From Candidatus Altimarinota bacterium (GTDB lineage: Bacteria; Patescibacteriota; Gracilibacteria; UBA1369), in the NCBI GenBank assembly GCA_041659405.1, contig JBAZYK010000005.1, positions 74,283 through 106,282 on the forward strand: a DNA stretch of 32,000 nucleotides, read 5' to 3'. The notes beneath the pieces were generated by a model. That model searched no databases and was not told where the DNA came from. It was given only the letters and a program-made list of their open reading frames with translations. Position numbers and translations under genes: made by a program. Below, piece after piece: positions 1 to 7,164 of the stretch (positions are counted from its first letter, which is position 1; every line of letters starts with the position of its first letter).

Positions 1-369
1 GTCCGTGAGGCCATGAAGAGCGACTGTGAAGTTTGGCTTTCCGGCGTGGCTTTGACCTTAAGTGAATTTGAAAATGTTGATGTTTTGCCTTCAAAGATTT
101 TCTTGTGTGGTGGCGGATCGTTGCTTCCGGAAATTAAAGAAGTGCTGGAAAGCCGTGACTGGACGCAAAAACTCCCCTTCCCTAAAAAACCACAGGTTAG
201 TTTTATGCAGCCAAAAATGATCAGCAATATGAGTGATGAGACCAAATTATTAAAGGATGTTCAGGACATTACACCGATGGCGCTGGCGAATATTGCGCTT
301 GAATATATGCAGGAGGAGCAGATTCTTTCGAAACTTCTTAAAAAAGTTGTACGATTAATGCAGATATAA
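1..369 (+). CDS. ftsA: C-terminal part of an FtsA-like actin-fold cell-division ATPase (5' end outside window)
   Basis: Frame 1 is open from base 1 (VREAMKSD...) to TAA at 367-369. The segment KIFLCGGGSLLPEI resembles the glycine-rich nucleotide-binding segment near the C-terminus of FtsA/actin-fold ATPases. The extreme C-terminus ILSKLLKKVVRLMQI is amphipathic, like the FtsA membrane-targeting helix. PilM-like is an alternative call. Confidence 0.55.
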   Translation, partial: VREAMKSDCEVWLSGVALTLSEFENVDVLPSKIFLCGGGSLLPEIKEVLESRDWTQKLPFPKKPQVSFMQPKMISNMSDETKLLKDVQDITPMALANIALEYMQEEQILSKLLKKVVRLMQI

Positions 370-374
370 AGGGG

Positions 375-459
375 GTTGGTCCTGCGAGGGAATTTCCTCC
401 TCGGACACAGGGCCCCTACCCCGGATGTCCGAGGAGGAAATTCCCTCGCAGGACCAACG
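375..459. repeat. Hairpin element copy 1: perfect 33-bp inverted repeat with a 19-nt GC-rich loop
   Basis: 375-407 GTTGGTCCTGCGAGGGAATTTCCTCCTCGGACA is the exact reverse complement of 427-459. The loop at 408-426 is CAGGGCCCCTACCCCGGAT. The 24-mer ACACAGGGCCCCTACCCCGGATGT (405-428) is identical to 2399-2422. Confidence 0.9.
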
Positions 460-481
460 AACATAATTAAAAAGTACATCA

Positions 482-2365
482 ATGGCACCTTTCAAGAAAA
501 ATTCGGCGAAAAGTTCTAAGGATTCTAAAAAAGAGGATCCAAAAATCATGGCTACTCGTCGGATTGGGAATACTGCCGATAAAGAAGAATCCGGGGTTGA
601 TGCCAGGGCTTTAAAGAGGCTGAATGCCAAAAAAGTCATTTATATAGAAATAGATGATGAAGTTACGCAGATTTACGACCGCCTGAAGCAGCTCAGAATG
701 AAAAATATATATATCGTGGCGCCAAAACGTGCGATTATTTTTCAGAGTATTATTAATTTGCGCATTCTTAAGCGAAAAGCGGAAGATCTTGGAAAAAATA
801 TTTATATAATTACCAATGATCTTAATGGAGTTCATTTGGCGACTCAAATTGGCTTAACCGTTTATGATAAGCTGGAAGGTCACGAACATCCAAGTCTGGT
901 TTCCGGTAAATTTCTTGAAGATCAACAGAATATTACGCCTTTAAAAGCCAGTATTAACGCGCTCGATGATGATGCTCCAACCCGACAGACCGAACGTAAA
1001 CTTTCGATTTCGGAAATGATCCGAACCGGAAAACGTAAAGGACTTGCCATTATCGCCAAAAATCTTAGTTTAAAAAAACAAAAAAAAGATGCTGCGAAAA
1101 AAGGTGATGATAAAGGAAAATTGGTTCTGGTCGCCCCAAACAGGCAGGCATTGATTGCTTTAATTGTGGTTAGTTTGATTATTTTGTTAACGATTACTTA
1201 CATTGCTCTGCCGGGTTCTACGCTTCACCTTACGCCAAAATCCAATGTATTAGAGACTTCCGTGAACATAATTTTGGCTGATGTGGATTTAAATCAGGGG
1301 GAACTGGACACGCATCCCGTTCATGAAATTCCAAGTTATACAATTACAACCACCATTAAAAAGGCCATGACTTATCAGGCAACCGGTAAAAACTTTCAGG
1401 GGCAGAACGCTACCGGAGTTATTACCGTAATTAATGCCAGCAACCAGCCTTGGCCGTTAATTGCCAATACGCGCTTCCAAACCAGTGAAAATCTGGTATT
1501 TAGGAGTCAAAAGTATGTAACGGTACCGGCCCAAAATGGCAATACCCCGGGGACAATTGATATTCCGGTTGTGGCTGACCCGCTGGATGCCATGAATCAG
1601 GTAATAGGAGAAAGAGGAAATGTTGGACCAACCAAATTCTTTTTACCGGGTCTTTCTGCGGACAACCAGAAGAAACTTTATGCGGAAAATAAGACGAATA
1701 TGACCGGTGGAAAAACCATTGTGAATAAACAAATAGCTAAAGAAGACTTGGCTGCGGCTCAAGCAAAAATGCAGGCTGATTTAAAGGCTTCCGCGCAGGT
1801 TGAGCTTCAATCCGTTATTAACAAACAAAACAATCAACAGAAGACAAATTTGGTGCTTTTAACTGATTCAAAAGCCATCCAGTCGGGTGATGCAAAGGTG
1901 ACGATTCCACCTAATCTGGAAGGGCAAAAACTGGATTCTTTTGATGTTCAGGGTGAAATTACGGTCAGTGGGGTGGCTTATGATCAGACGGAAATGATGA
2001 ATATGCTTAAATCAGAATTGAAATTAAAGAAGAATCCGGAAAAACGGTTGGTTCATATTGATGATAATTCCCTAACTTATCGTGTTGTGGATATAGACGC
2101 GGTTAATAAGAAGGTCAAAATAACCGCAACAATTAAAGGAATTGAAGAGTTCGAAATCAGTCCGGAAAAAGAAAATGGCGCCAGATTGATTAAGAAAATC
2201 AAGGAACATGTGGTTGGGAAGGATATTAAAGAGGCGCGCGATTATATTCAAAATCTGCCGGAAATTGATAAAGTTAAGGTTGATAGCTGGCCGGCTTGGG
2301 CGCCGACCATGCCAAGCGTGCCGGATAATATCCGTATTGATGTGGTTTCGGGGCAGGATAGTTAA
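482..2365 (+). CDS. Hypothetical single-pass membrane protein: charged N-terminal cytoplasmic domain, one TM helix, large beta-rich ectodomain
   Basis: 627-codon ORF from ATG to TAA. A hydrophobic segment ALIALIVVSLIILLTITYIAL lies around residue 225. The N-terminal module (IYIEIDDEVTQIYDRLK...IYIITND) and the ATGKNFQGQNATGVITVINAS stretch resemble widespread uncharacterised proteins of small-genome bacteria, as I recall them. Possible baseplate-J-like similarity is only a vague recollection. Confidence 0.8.
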   Translation: MAPFKKNSAKSSKDSKKEDPKIMATRRIGNTADKEESGVDARALKRLNAKKVIYIEIDDEVTQIYDRLKQLRMKNIYIVAPKRAIIFQSIINLRILKRKAEDLGKNIYIITNDLNGVHLATQIGLTVYDKLEGHEHPSLVSGKFLEDQQNITPLKASINALDDDAPTRQTERKLSISEMIRTGKRKGLAIIAKNLSLKKQKKDAAKKGDDKGKLVLVAPNRQALIALIVVSLIILLTITYIALPGSTLHLTPKSNVLETSVNIILADVDLNQGELDTHPVHEIPSYTITTTIKKAMTYQATGKNFQGQNATGVITVINASNQPWPLIANTRFQTSENLVFRSQKYVTVPAQNGNTPGTIDIPVVADPLDAMNQVIGERGNVGPTKFFLPGLSADNQKKLYAENKTNMTGGKTIVNKQIAKEDLAAAQAKMQADLKASAQVELQSVINKQNNQQKTNLVLLTDSKAIQSGDAKVTIPPNLEGQKLDSFDVQGEITVSGVAYDQTEMMNMLKSELKLKKNPEKRLVHIDDNSLTYRVVDIDAVNKKVKITATIKGIEEFEISPEKENGARLIKKIKEHVVGKDIKEARDYIQNLPEIDKVKVDSWPAWAPTMPSVPDNIRIDVVSGQDS

Positions 2366-2370
2366 GGGGC

Positions 2371-2450
2371 GTTCAGGGTTGTAGGAATATCCCTTCACAC
2401 ACAGGGCCCCTACCCCGGATGTGTTCAGGGATATTCCTACAACCCTGAAC
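2371..2450. repeat. Hairpin element copy 2: 24 bp + 2x2 mismatch + 4 bp stem carrying the same apex as copy 1
   Basis: 2371-2394 pairs with 2427-2450 (24 bp). 2395-2396 and 2425-2426 are mismatched. 2397-2400 pairs with 2421-2424. The apex at 2401-2420 is ACAGGGCCCCTACCCCGGAT. Confidence 0.9.
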
Positions 2451-2528
2451 ATAAGGATTTCCTTAATTTTTAATATCGGACCTAATTTAGCTATTTTATG
2501 GCTTGTTTTGCTTTTATGACCGCTACGC

Positions 2529-2556
2529 TTGACAAAATCGATCATTTGTGTAAAAT
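2529..2556 (+). promoter_or_regulatory. Sigma-70-like promoter candidate for the PKD-protein gene
   Basis: TTGACA at 2529-2534, a 16-nt spacer ending in TGTG, and TAAAAT at 2551-2556. It lies about 37 nt upstream of the ATG at 2593. AAGGA sits just before the ATG. Confidence 0.4.
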
Positions 2557-2592
2557 AGATCCTCAAGATACAATCTTTCATTAAAAGGATCA

Positions 2593-3690
2593 ATGAAACT
2601 AAGGAATCTAACAATTATCGGCTTACTTACACTACTGCTGCCGTCTGAAGCGACATTTGCCGCCTATAACAGCATGCTTGCGCCTACCAATTTTACGCCT
2701 GCGAATTACATTCAGCCGAGTTATGATCCTTTTTCTGCCAGCAATACCTATGCGCCAACTTTGCCGGAAGATCAACCGGATACTGCTCCCGTGGCCGCTT
2801 TTAATATTTACAATGGTGGGTTTTTCCAGAATAACAACGTGGGCACAACGGATACCGCCTTTACCTTTGATGGAAGCTCTTCTTATGATTCTGAAACCGA
2901 TTCTTCCCGCTTGGAAGTTCGTTGGGATTTTGAAAATGATGGCGTAATTGACGGTTATTTTTCGGTCATCAAAAGCATTAAACATACATTTAAAAAACCC
3001 GGAGTTTATCAGGTAAAAATGGAGGTTTTGGATCGTGCCGGAAATGTCTCCAAAGCCACCAAAACTGTAACCGTAGTGGCAAATACAGATCCGATTCCGG
3101 CATTTTCGTATACTCCTATAAGTGATACCAACAACACAATTTTTCAATTTGATACCCACGTTTCCAGAAGTGACCAGTTTGTGGCTTCAACTCTGCAATA
3201 TCGTTTTGACTGGAATGGCGACTCCAAATGGGACACAAAATATCAGGCAAAAACTATCTGGAATCATCTTTTTGACTCAGCAGGATCACACAATGTGATT
3301 ATGGAGGTAAAAGACCCGGGTGGTCATACTGCTAAGGTAAATAGGGCTATTTCTACTTTTGAAAATACCCCACCGGTTGCTTCTTTTGGAGTTTTTACCG
3401 GCACTTTTAGCAGCTATGAATTTAATGCGAAAGCTACGACAGACGCAGAAACTGCTCACTATCGTTTATTTTATCGCTGGGACTTTGAATATAGCGGCAC
3501 AAATGACATTATGTACAACACTTACGCCGGCAATACGGATCGTGTTTCTTACAATTATAAAACTCCCGGACATAAAATTGTGCGCCTGGAGGTAATGGAC
3601 GCATATGGCGCAAAATCCTATGCCTATGCCGAATTTGATGTTCCCTGGACTAAAGTGATGGCCCAAAATTTGATTGCGCCACTTAAGTAA
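2593..3690 (+). CDS. Secreted protein with three PKD-like domains
   Basis: The N-terminal signal-like peptide is MKLRNLTIIGLLTLLLPSEATFAAY. There are three roughly 90-aa repeats, each with a PKD-type signature: FTFDGSSSYD...RWDFENDG...PGVYQVKMEVLDRAGN, FQFD...RFDWNGD...GSHNVIMEVKDPGG, and EFNAKATTD...RWDFEYSG...PGHKIVRLEVMDAYG. Confidence 0.85.
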   Translation: MKLRNLTIIGLLTLLLPSEATFAAYNSMLAPTNFTPANYIQPSYDPFSASNTYAPTLPEDQPDTAPVAAFNIYNGGFFQNNNVGTTDTAFTFDGSSSYDSETDSSRLEVRWDFENDGVIDGYFSVIKSIKHTFKKPGVYQVKMEVLDRAGNVSKATKTVTVVANTDPIPAFSYTPISDTNNTIFQFDTHVSRSDQFVASTLQYRFDWNGDSKWDTKYQAKTIWNHLFDSAGSHNVIMEVKDPGGHTAKVNRAISTFENTPPVASFGVFTGTFSSYEFNAKATTDAETAHYRLFYRWDFEYSGTNDIMYNTYAGNTDRVSYNYKTPGHKIVRLEVMDAYGAKSYAYAEFDVPWTKVMAQNLIAPLK

Positions 3691-3737
3691 AAGTGGAAAG
3701 TAATTAGGGTTTCCTGGTCAAAATTCAGATTGAGTGT

Positions 3738-3766
3738 TTGCGCGTTCATGTTTTTTGTGGTATCAT
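3738..3766 (+). promoter_or_regulatory. Sigma-70-like promoter candidate with extended -10
   Basis: TTGCGC at 3738-3743, a 17-nt spacer, and TGgTATCAT with the -10 at 3761-3766. Its position argues against the TTG start at 3730 in the ORF track and for the ATG at 3802. Confidence 0.4.
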
Positions 3767-3801
3767 GTTATGAAAACTTAATTTTTCAAACAAAAACAAA
3801 C

Positions 3802-4776
3802 ATGAAAAACTTTAAACCATCAATGTCATTTATTGCTTCTTTAGCTCTTGCAGCTATTGTTGTTGTTCCGGTTTTTGCAGCAGGTCCATTCGCAGCACCT
3901 CCAGGAAATTTGGTTGATGCGGAGTTTAATAGTGTGACGGCTGTTGGAAGTTTGTCCGGGGCCAGTGTAACAGCAGTTGGAGATTTAAAAGGGGCTACGG
4001 TTCAAGCCGATACTGGATACTTTGCAAATGGGGTCAGTGCAGGTACTGAGGGGCAAACTGTTACCGGGGGGCATTTTCGTGGCACAAGTTATGGTGTAAC
4101 AGCTGATGCACTTGGAGCTTCAGGTATAGGCGGAGCTTTTACGGGTAATTTGGAAGGTGTACATGCTAACACTCAAGGCAACGGCATAGCTGGTGTATTT
4201 GTTAACTTTCTTAATTCTGATCCTAATAGTATAATTACCCGAGTTAGGTTGGCGGGGCCGACCAGCGCTGTTGAGGCTAGCGGTAACGTTAAGGTAACAG
4301 GAAATATTTTGGCTACTGCAGCAAATTGCCCAAGTTGTCTTGCAGGTATTTTCAGGAACGCCTCAATGGCAAATGCCGTCAATCTTGGTACGAATGTATA
4401 TTCAATCGATGCGAATGGACCTGTAAATATAACAGGAAATGCTACCGTTAGTGGAACCATTACTGCAACTGGAGCCACCATTAATGGCAATTTAATTGCT
4501 ACAAAGATAAAAGCCTCAAGTATTGGAAAACTTATCAATCAAATGGGCCCTGCTGTTATTCTTAATAACGTGGGAACTTTTATTGCACAAGCTTCTTGTC
4601 CTGCACCAAGTATCCCGATTTCATGTGGGCATTATGGTTCTTTCTCTGTCATTACGCTCGCGTCATATGTTGATTTGATTAATAAAAAATGCACACTTAC
4701 GTTTAAAAGTACTACCCCCGGGCCTAATGAAAATGCTGGGGCATATGCCATTTGCTGGGACACCAATTCTTTTTAG
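3802..4776 (+). CDS. Secreted Gly/Ala/Thr/Val-rich repeat protein (beta-helix-like) with Cys-containing C-terminal domain
   Basis: The start is chosen at the ATG at 3802 because MKNFKPSMSFIASLALAAIVVVPVFAAGP is a typical signal peptide. The ORF-track start at 3730 is a TTG. Repetitive short-strand motifs are present (GNVKVTGNILATA, GPVNITGNATVSGTITATGATINGNLIAT). Six Cys residues lie in the C-terminal third. Confidence 0.75.
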   Translation: MKNFKPSMSFIASLALAAIVVVPVFAAGPFAAPPGNLVDAEFNSVTAVGSLSGASVTAVGDLKGATVQADTGYFANGVSAGTEGQTVTGGHFRGTSYGVTADALGASGIGGAFTGNLEGVHANTQGNGIAGVFVNFLNSDPNSIITRVRLAGPTSAVEASGNVKVTGNILATAANCPSCLAGIFRNASMANAVNLGTNVYSIDANGPVNITGNATVSGTITATGATINGNLIATKIKASSIGKLINQMGPAVILNNVGTFIAQASCPAPSIPISCGHYGSFSVITLASYVDLINKKCTLTFKSTTPGPNENAGAYAICWDTNSF

Positions 4777-4788
4777 AGTGGCTAGAAA

Positions 4789-5394
4789 TTACTGACTGAT
4801 AGAGTCTTTTAAGCCGTTCTTACACCTAACTTGATCTTCTGGAAGTGATATCTTATCACACAAGCTTGAATCTTTGGTTTGGATAGCTTTGTTTTCTAAA
4901 ATATTTAATTCGCAAGTACTTATTAATATTTTATCAGTCAGTTGTTTAGCACAAGCCGTGTAATCTCCAGAACCTATAATTTGATTTTCTTTTTCAATCT
5001 CTTTATTTCGTAAAAGCGCATTTTCTTTATCTTTTAGTCCTACTTCAACACTTATTTTGCAGGCGTTTTGTTGATCTTTGGAGAAGATTTTTGCGCAAAT
5101 GCTTTCATCCAATTTATTCAAGGCTTCATCCATGGCAATCACATCAGCAACGGCTGTTTGGCAGGCTTTTTGATAAGTCGCATCAATAACTTTATCACAA
5201 AATTTTGCATCTTTTAGTTGAACTGCACCGTTAAAAGCAGCTGTATCGGCAGCACTTGTTTGTGAGCCTTGCTGAGAAGATGATTGTACTGAAGTAATGG
5301 GCTGATTGGCTTGATTTGACGCACTATTTTGGCATCCGGCTAAAATTAACAGACACAAAGATATGCCTGCAATAAAAGTTTTTTTAATATTCAT
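4789..5394 (-). CDS. Lipoprotein with four Cys-pair repeats
   Basis: The N-terminus MNIKKTFIAGISLCLLILAGCQN contains a lipobox (LAGC), followed by a Ser/Gln-rich linker. Four units of C-x12/13-C are present: FCDKVIDATYQKAC, ICAKIFSKDQQNAC, ACAKQLTDKILISTC and LCDKISLPEDQVRC. Confidence 0.8.
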   Translation of the reverse strand: MNIKKTFIAGISLCLLILAGCQNSASNQANQPITSVQSSSQQGSQTSAADTAAFNGAVQLKDAKFCDKVIDATYQKACQTAVADVIAMDEALNKLDESICAKIFSKDQQNACKISVEVGLKDKENALLRNKEIEKENQIIGSGDYTACAKQLTDKILISTCELNILENKAIQTKDSSLCDKISLPEDQVRCKNGLKDSISQ

Positions 5395-5485
5395 AGGTGT
5401 TTTGTTTATTAAATTTGTATTAATTTTTTTGTGATGGAGGGGGTGCCTATTTGTGGCGAAGGGCGCGCTTGTGATCTACAGGCTT

Positions 5486-6031
5486 TTATAATCCCAATTT
5501 TTTTCTGATTTCTTCGGCCTGGGCCTGATCGTTGCTCTGTTTTTCCTGGGCTTTTTGAGAAAGTTCAAGATCCATCCATTCGTCGTAATGCTGTTTTTCC
5601 AGTTTCTTCAGTTGTTCAACGTGCTTTGTTGAAAGTTCGGCGAATTTGCGTCGTTCCTCTTCAAAAATACGAATCAACTCATCAACTTGTGATTGTTTTA
5701 ATTTTGGAATTGACTCAATGATGCGCTTTTTTTCGTCTTTGGTAAGAGAAATCGATCCGGCCAAAAGATGAAGAAAATTTTGCTCATCAAACTTTAAAGT
5801 GTGATCAGGAACTTTGATGGCAATTATTTGTGGCAATTTAGAGCCAATTTGGAAATTAGCGGGAGTTGTGTCTTCTACCGGAGGTGGTGGCATCATTTGG
5901 CCGCCCATTCCCGGATTCATTCCCATTTGTTGAGAGGAAGCCTGGCCGAATTGTGGTTGAGCTGCCGGGTTTACTTGTTGCGAATTTTGTTGACCGTTAC
6001 CGCTATTTTGAGGAATTGGTTGATCTGCCAT
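5486..6031 (-). CDS. Hypothetical protein: Q/G/P/M-rich disordered N-terminus plus conserved helical C-terminal module (paralog of 30061-30669)
   Basis: 181-codon ORF. The C-terminal segment SLTKDEKKRIIESIPKLKQSQVDELIRIFEEERRKFAELSTKHVEQLKKLEKQHYDEW aligns by eye with SMNDEEREYWFQIMPIMTEDQILKFREILVNEKDQLSKLDKEYESELTKLNEKHMIEW from the 30061-30669 protein. Confidence 0.75.
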   Translation of the reverse strand: MADQPIPQNSGNGQQNSQQVNPAAQPQFGQASSQQMGMNPGMGGQMMPPPPVEDTTPANFQIGSKLPQIIAIKVPDHTLKFDEQNFLHLLAGSISLTKDEKKRIIESIPKLKQSQVDELIRIFEEERRKFAELSTKHVEQLKKLEKQHYDEWMDLELSQKAQEKQSNDQAQAEEIRKKLGL

Positions 6032-6056
6032 AATAAAACTTTAAAAACTGATTATG

Positions 6057-6085
6057 ATTTTAATGGAAAGGGGGCTTTAAGACAA
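6057..6085 (-). promoter_or_regulatory. Sigma-70-like promoter candidate (minus strand) for the 5486-6031 gene
   Basis: The minus strand reads TTGTCT (6085-6080), a 17-nt spacer, and TAAAAT (6062-6057). It lies between the tRNA-Val 3' end and the ATG at 6031. Confidence 0.35.
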
Positions 6086-6094
6086 GCTAACTTC

Positions 6095-6171
6095 TGGTGG
6101 AGATGAGAGGATTCGAACCTCTGGCCTCAACAATGTCAATGTTGCGCTCTAACCAACTGAGCTACACCTCC
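6095..6171 (-). tRNA. tRNA-Val(GAC): tRNA-Val, anticodon GAC, genomically encoded CCA
   Basis: The reverse complement is GGAGGTGTAGCTCAGTTGGTTAGAGCGCAACATTGACATTGTTGAGGCCAGAGGTTCGAATCCTCTCATCTCCACCA (77 nt). It has a 7-bp acceptor stem (one G-T pair) and a D arm GCTC/GAGC. The anticodon stem is CAACA/TGTTG with loop TTGACAT. The T arm is AGAGG-TTCGAAT-CCTCT, the discriminator is A, and the 3' end is CCA. Confidence 0.95.
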
Positions 6172-6267
6172 ATGGACCATTTAGTAAAGATTTTAGACTT
6201 TTTTTAGAAATCGTTAATCTGTCTAGGGCAAAGTTATTGTACCAGAATGTTTTTATGAGTAAAGATC

Positions 6268-7107
6268 ATGCTTATGATTGATTGGCCAAAACTTGCCAAA
6301 AAAATTTGGAACACGTTATTGGACTACATTTTTCCAAAATTTTGCCTTGGCTGTAACAAAGAAGGTTCATATTTCTGCACTGAATGTTTTAAAGGCGTAA
6401 CGCTGCTAAAAGAACAGGTATGTCCCATTTGTTACCGTAAAAATGGACTAAATGGCCGTGTCTGTAAATCATGCGAAAATGCTGATTTTTTTCTGGACGG
6501 CCTATGGTGCGCGAGTTCTTTTGAAAAAAATTCGTTACTCCGGCACTGCATCCATAGTTTTAAATATGAATTTATTGAAGAATTGGCTTTGCCTTTAGCC
6601 AAAATTTTGAGTCAAAGTTTTAATGAAACGAATGCTGAAAAACCGGATTTTGGAAACTGTCTGGAAAGTTTTTTTGAGCCAGCAGGTTTGATTTGTCCGG
6701 CGCCTTTGCATCCAAAAAGACAGCGATTTAGAGGCTTCAATCAAACAGAATTATTGGCTGATGAGTTTATAAAATTAAATCGGGGTGTCTTGCAAAAACA
6801 ACAATTTTTGGAGCGCATTTATTATCACAAACCGCAAATGGAATTAAAACGGGAAGATCGAATTAAAAATGTGGAAAATGCTTTTCGGCTGAGCCCACAG
6901 ATGAGTTTGCAGTGGGGCGCTGGAATGAGTTTTAAATGCAGCACTACAGGTGACACGTCTGAATTTTTGCCGGCCGAAATCCCCCAAAATGTGATTCTGC
7001 TTGATGATGTGGCTACAACTTTATCGACTTTGAATGCCTGCGCCAAAGCGCTTAAGAAGGCCGGTGTAAAGCAAGTTTGGGGGCTTGTTTTGGCACGAGT
7101 TTTTTAG
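6268..7107 (+). CDS. comF: ComF-family protein (phosphoribosyltransferase-fold, ComFC-like)
   Basis: The N-terminus has Cys pairs CLGC...CTEC and CPIC...CKSC. Also present are PLHPKRQRFRGFNQTELLA, RIKNVENAFRL, and the PRPP-type loop VILLDDVATTLSTLNACAKALKKAG. There is an apparent roughly 30-aa insert before the PRPP loop. Confidence 0.85.
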   Translation: MLMIDWPKLAKKIWNTLLDYIFPKFCLGCNKEGSYFCTECFKGVTLLKEQVCPICYRKNGLNGRVCKSCENADFFLDGLWCASSFEKNSLLRHCIHSFKYEFIEELALPLAKILSQSFNETNAEKPDFGNCLESFFEPAGLICPAPLHPKRQRFRGFNQTELLADEFIKLNRGVLQKQQFLERIYYHKPQMELKREDRIKNVENAFRLSPQMSLQWGAGMSFKCSTTGDTSEFLPAEIPQNVILLDDVATTLSTLNACAKALKKAGVKQVWGLVLARVF

Positions 7108-7110
7108 GAT

Positions 7111-7138
7111 TTTCCCAATTTTTCGGTGGGGAGTATAA
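7111..7138 (+). promoter_or_regulatory. Sigma-70-like promoter candidate for the glycosyltransferase gene
   Basis: TTCCCA at 7111-7116, a 16-nt spacer, and a consensus TATAAT at 7133-7138. The predicted transcription start lies downstream of the GTG at 7126, which favours the ATG at 7165 as the start codon. Confidence 0.4.
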
Positions 7139-7164
7139 TACAATCGATTTCTAATGTGCAGTTT

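Noticed and set aside
396-440. A CCTCC / GGAGG pairing within hairpin copy 1, read as an anti-SD/SD translational switch for the gene at 482.
   Set aside because: The GGAGG at 432-436 lies about 45 nt upstream of the ATG, too far to act as an RBS. The genome also seems not to use SD sequences, and copy 2 lacks the motif.
375-459. The hairpins as ordinary rho-independent terminators.
   Set aside because: No T/U tract follows either stem on either strand, and a 33-bp perfect stem with a 19-nt loop is far outside usual terminator geometry. A termination or RNA-stabilising role is not excluded, but the canonical call is not supported.
375-2450. Interpreting the two hairpins as integron attC sites flanking a gene cassette.
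   Set aside because: attC sites have RYYYAAC...GTTRRRY ends, with AAC and GTT facing inward, and a variable centre. Here the ends read GTT...AAC facing outward and the centre is the conserved part. No integron integrase or attI site is present in the window.
3730-3801. N-terminal extensions suggested by the ORF track: TTG 3730, GTG 7126, TTG 11132, TTG 14231, ATG 14889, GTG 21109, TTG 21977 and the non-ATG start at 24297.
   Set aside because: Internal ATG codons give canonical N-termini, such as a signal peptide, the GT4 MxxxLxxD start, and DnaX MSLYRKYRP. They also lie downstream of promoter-like boxes or avoid overlaps with the preceding gene. The extensions add non-conserved, odd sequence.
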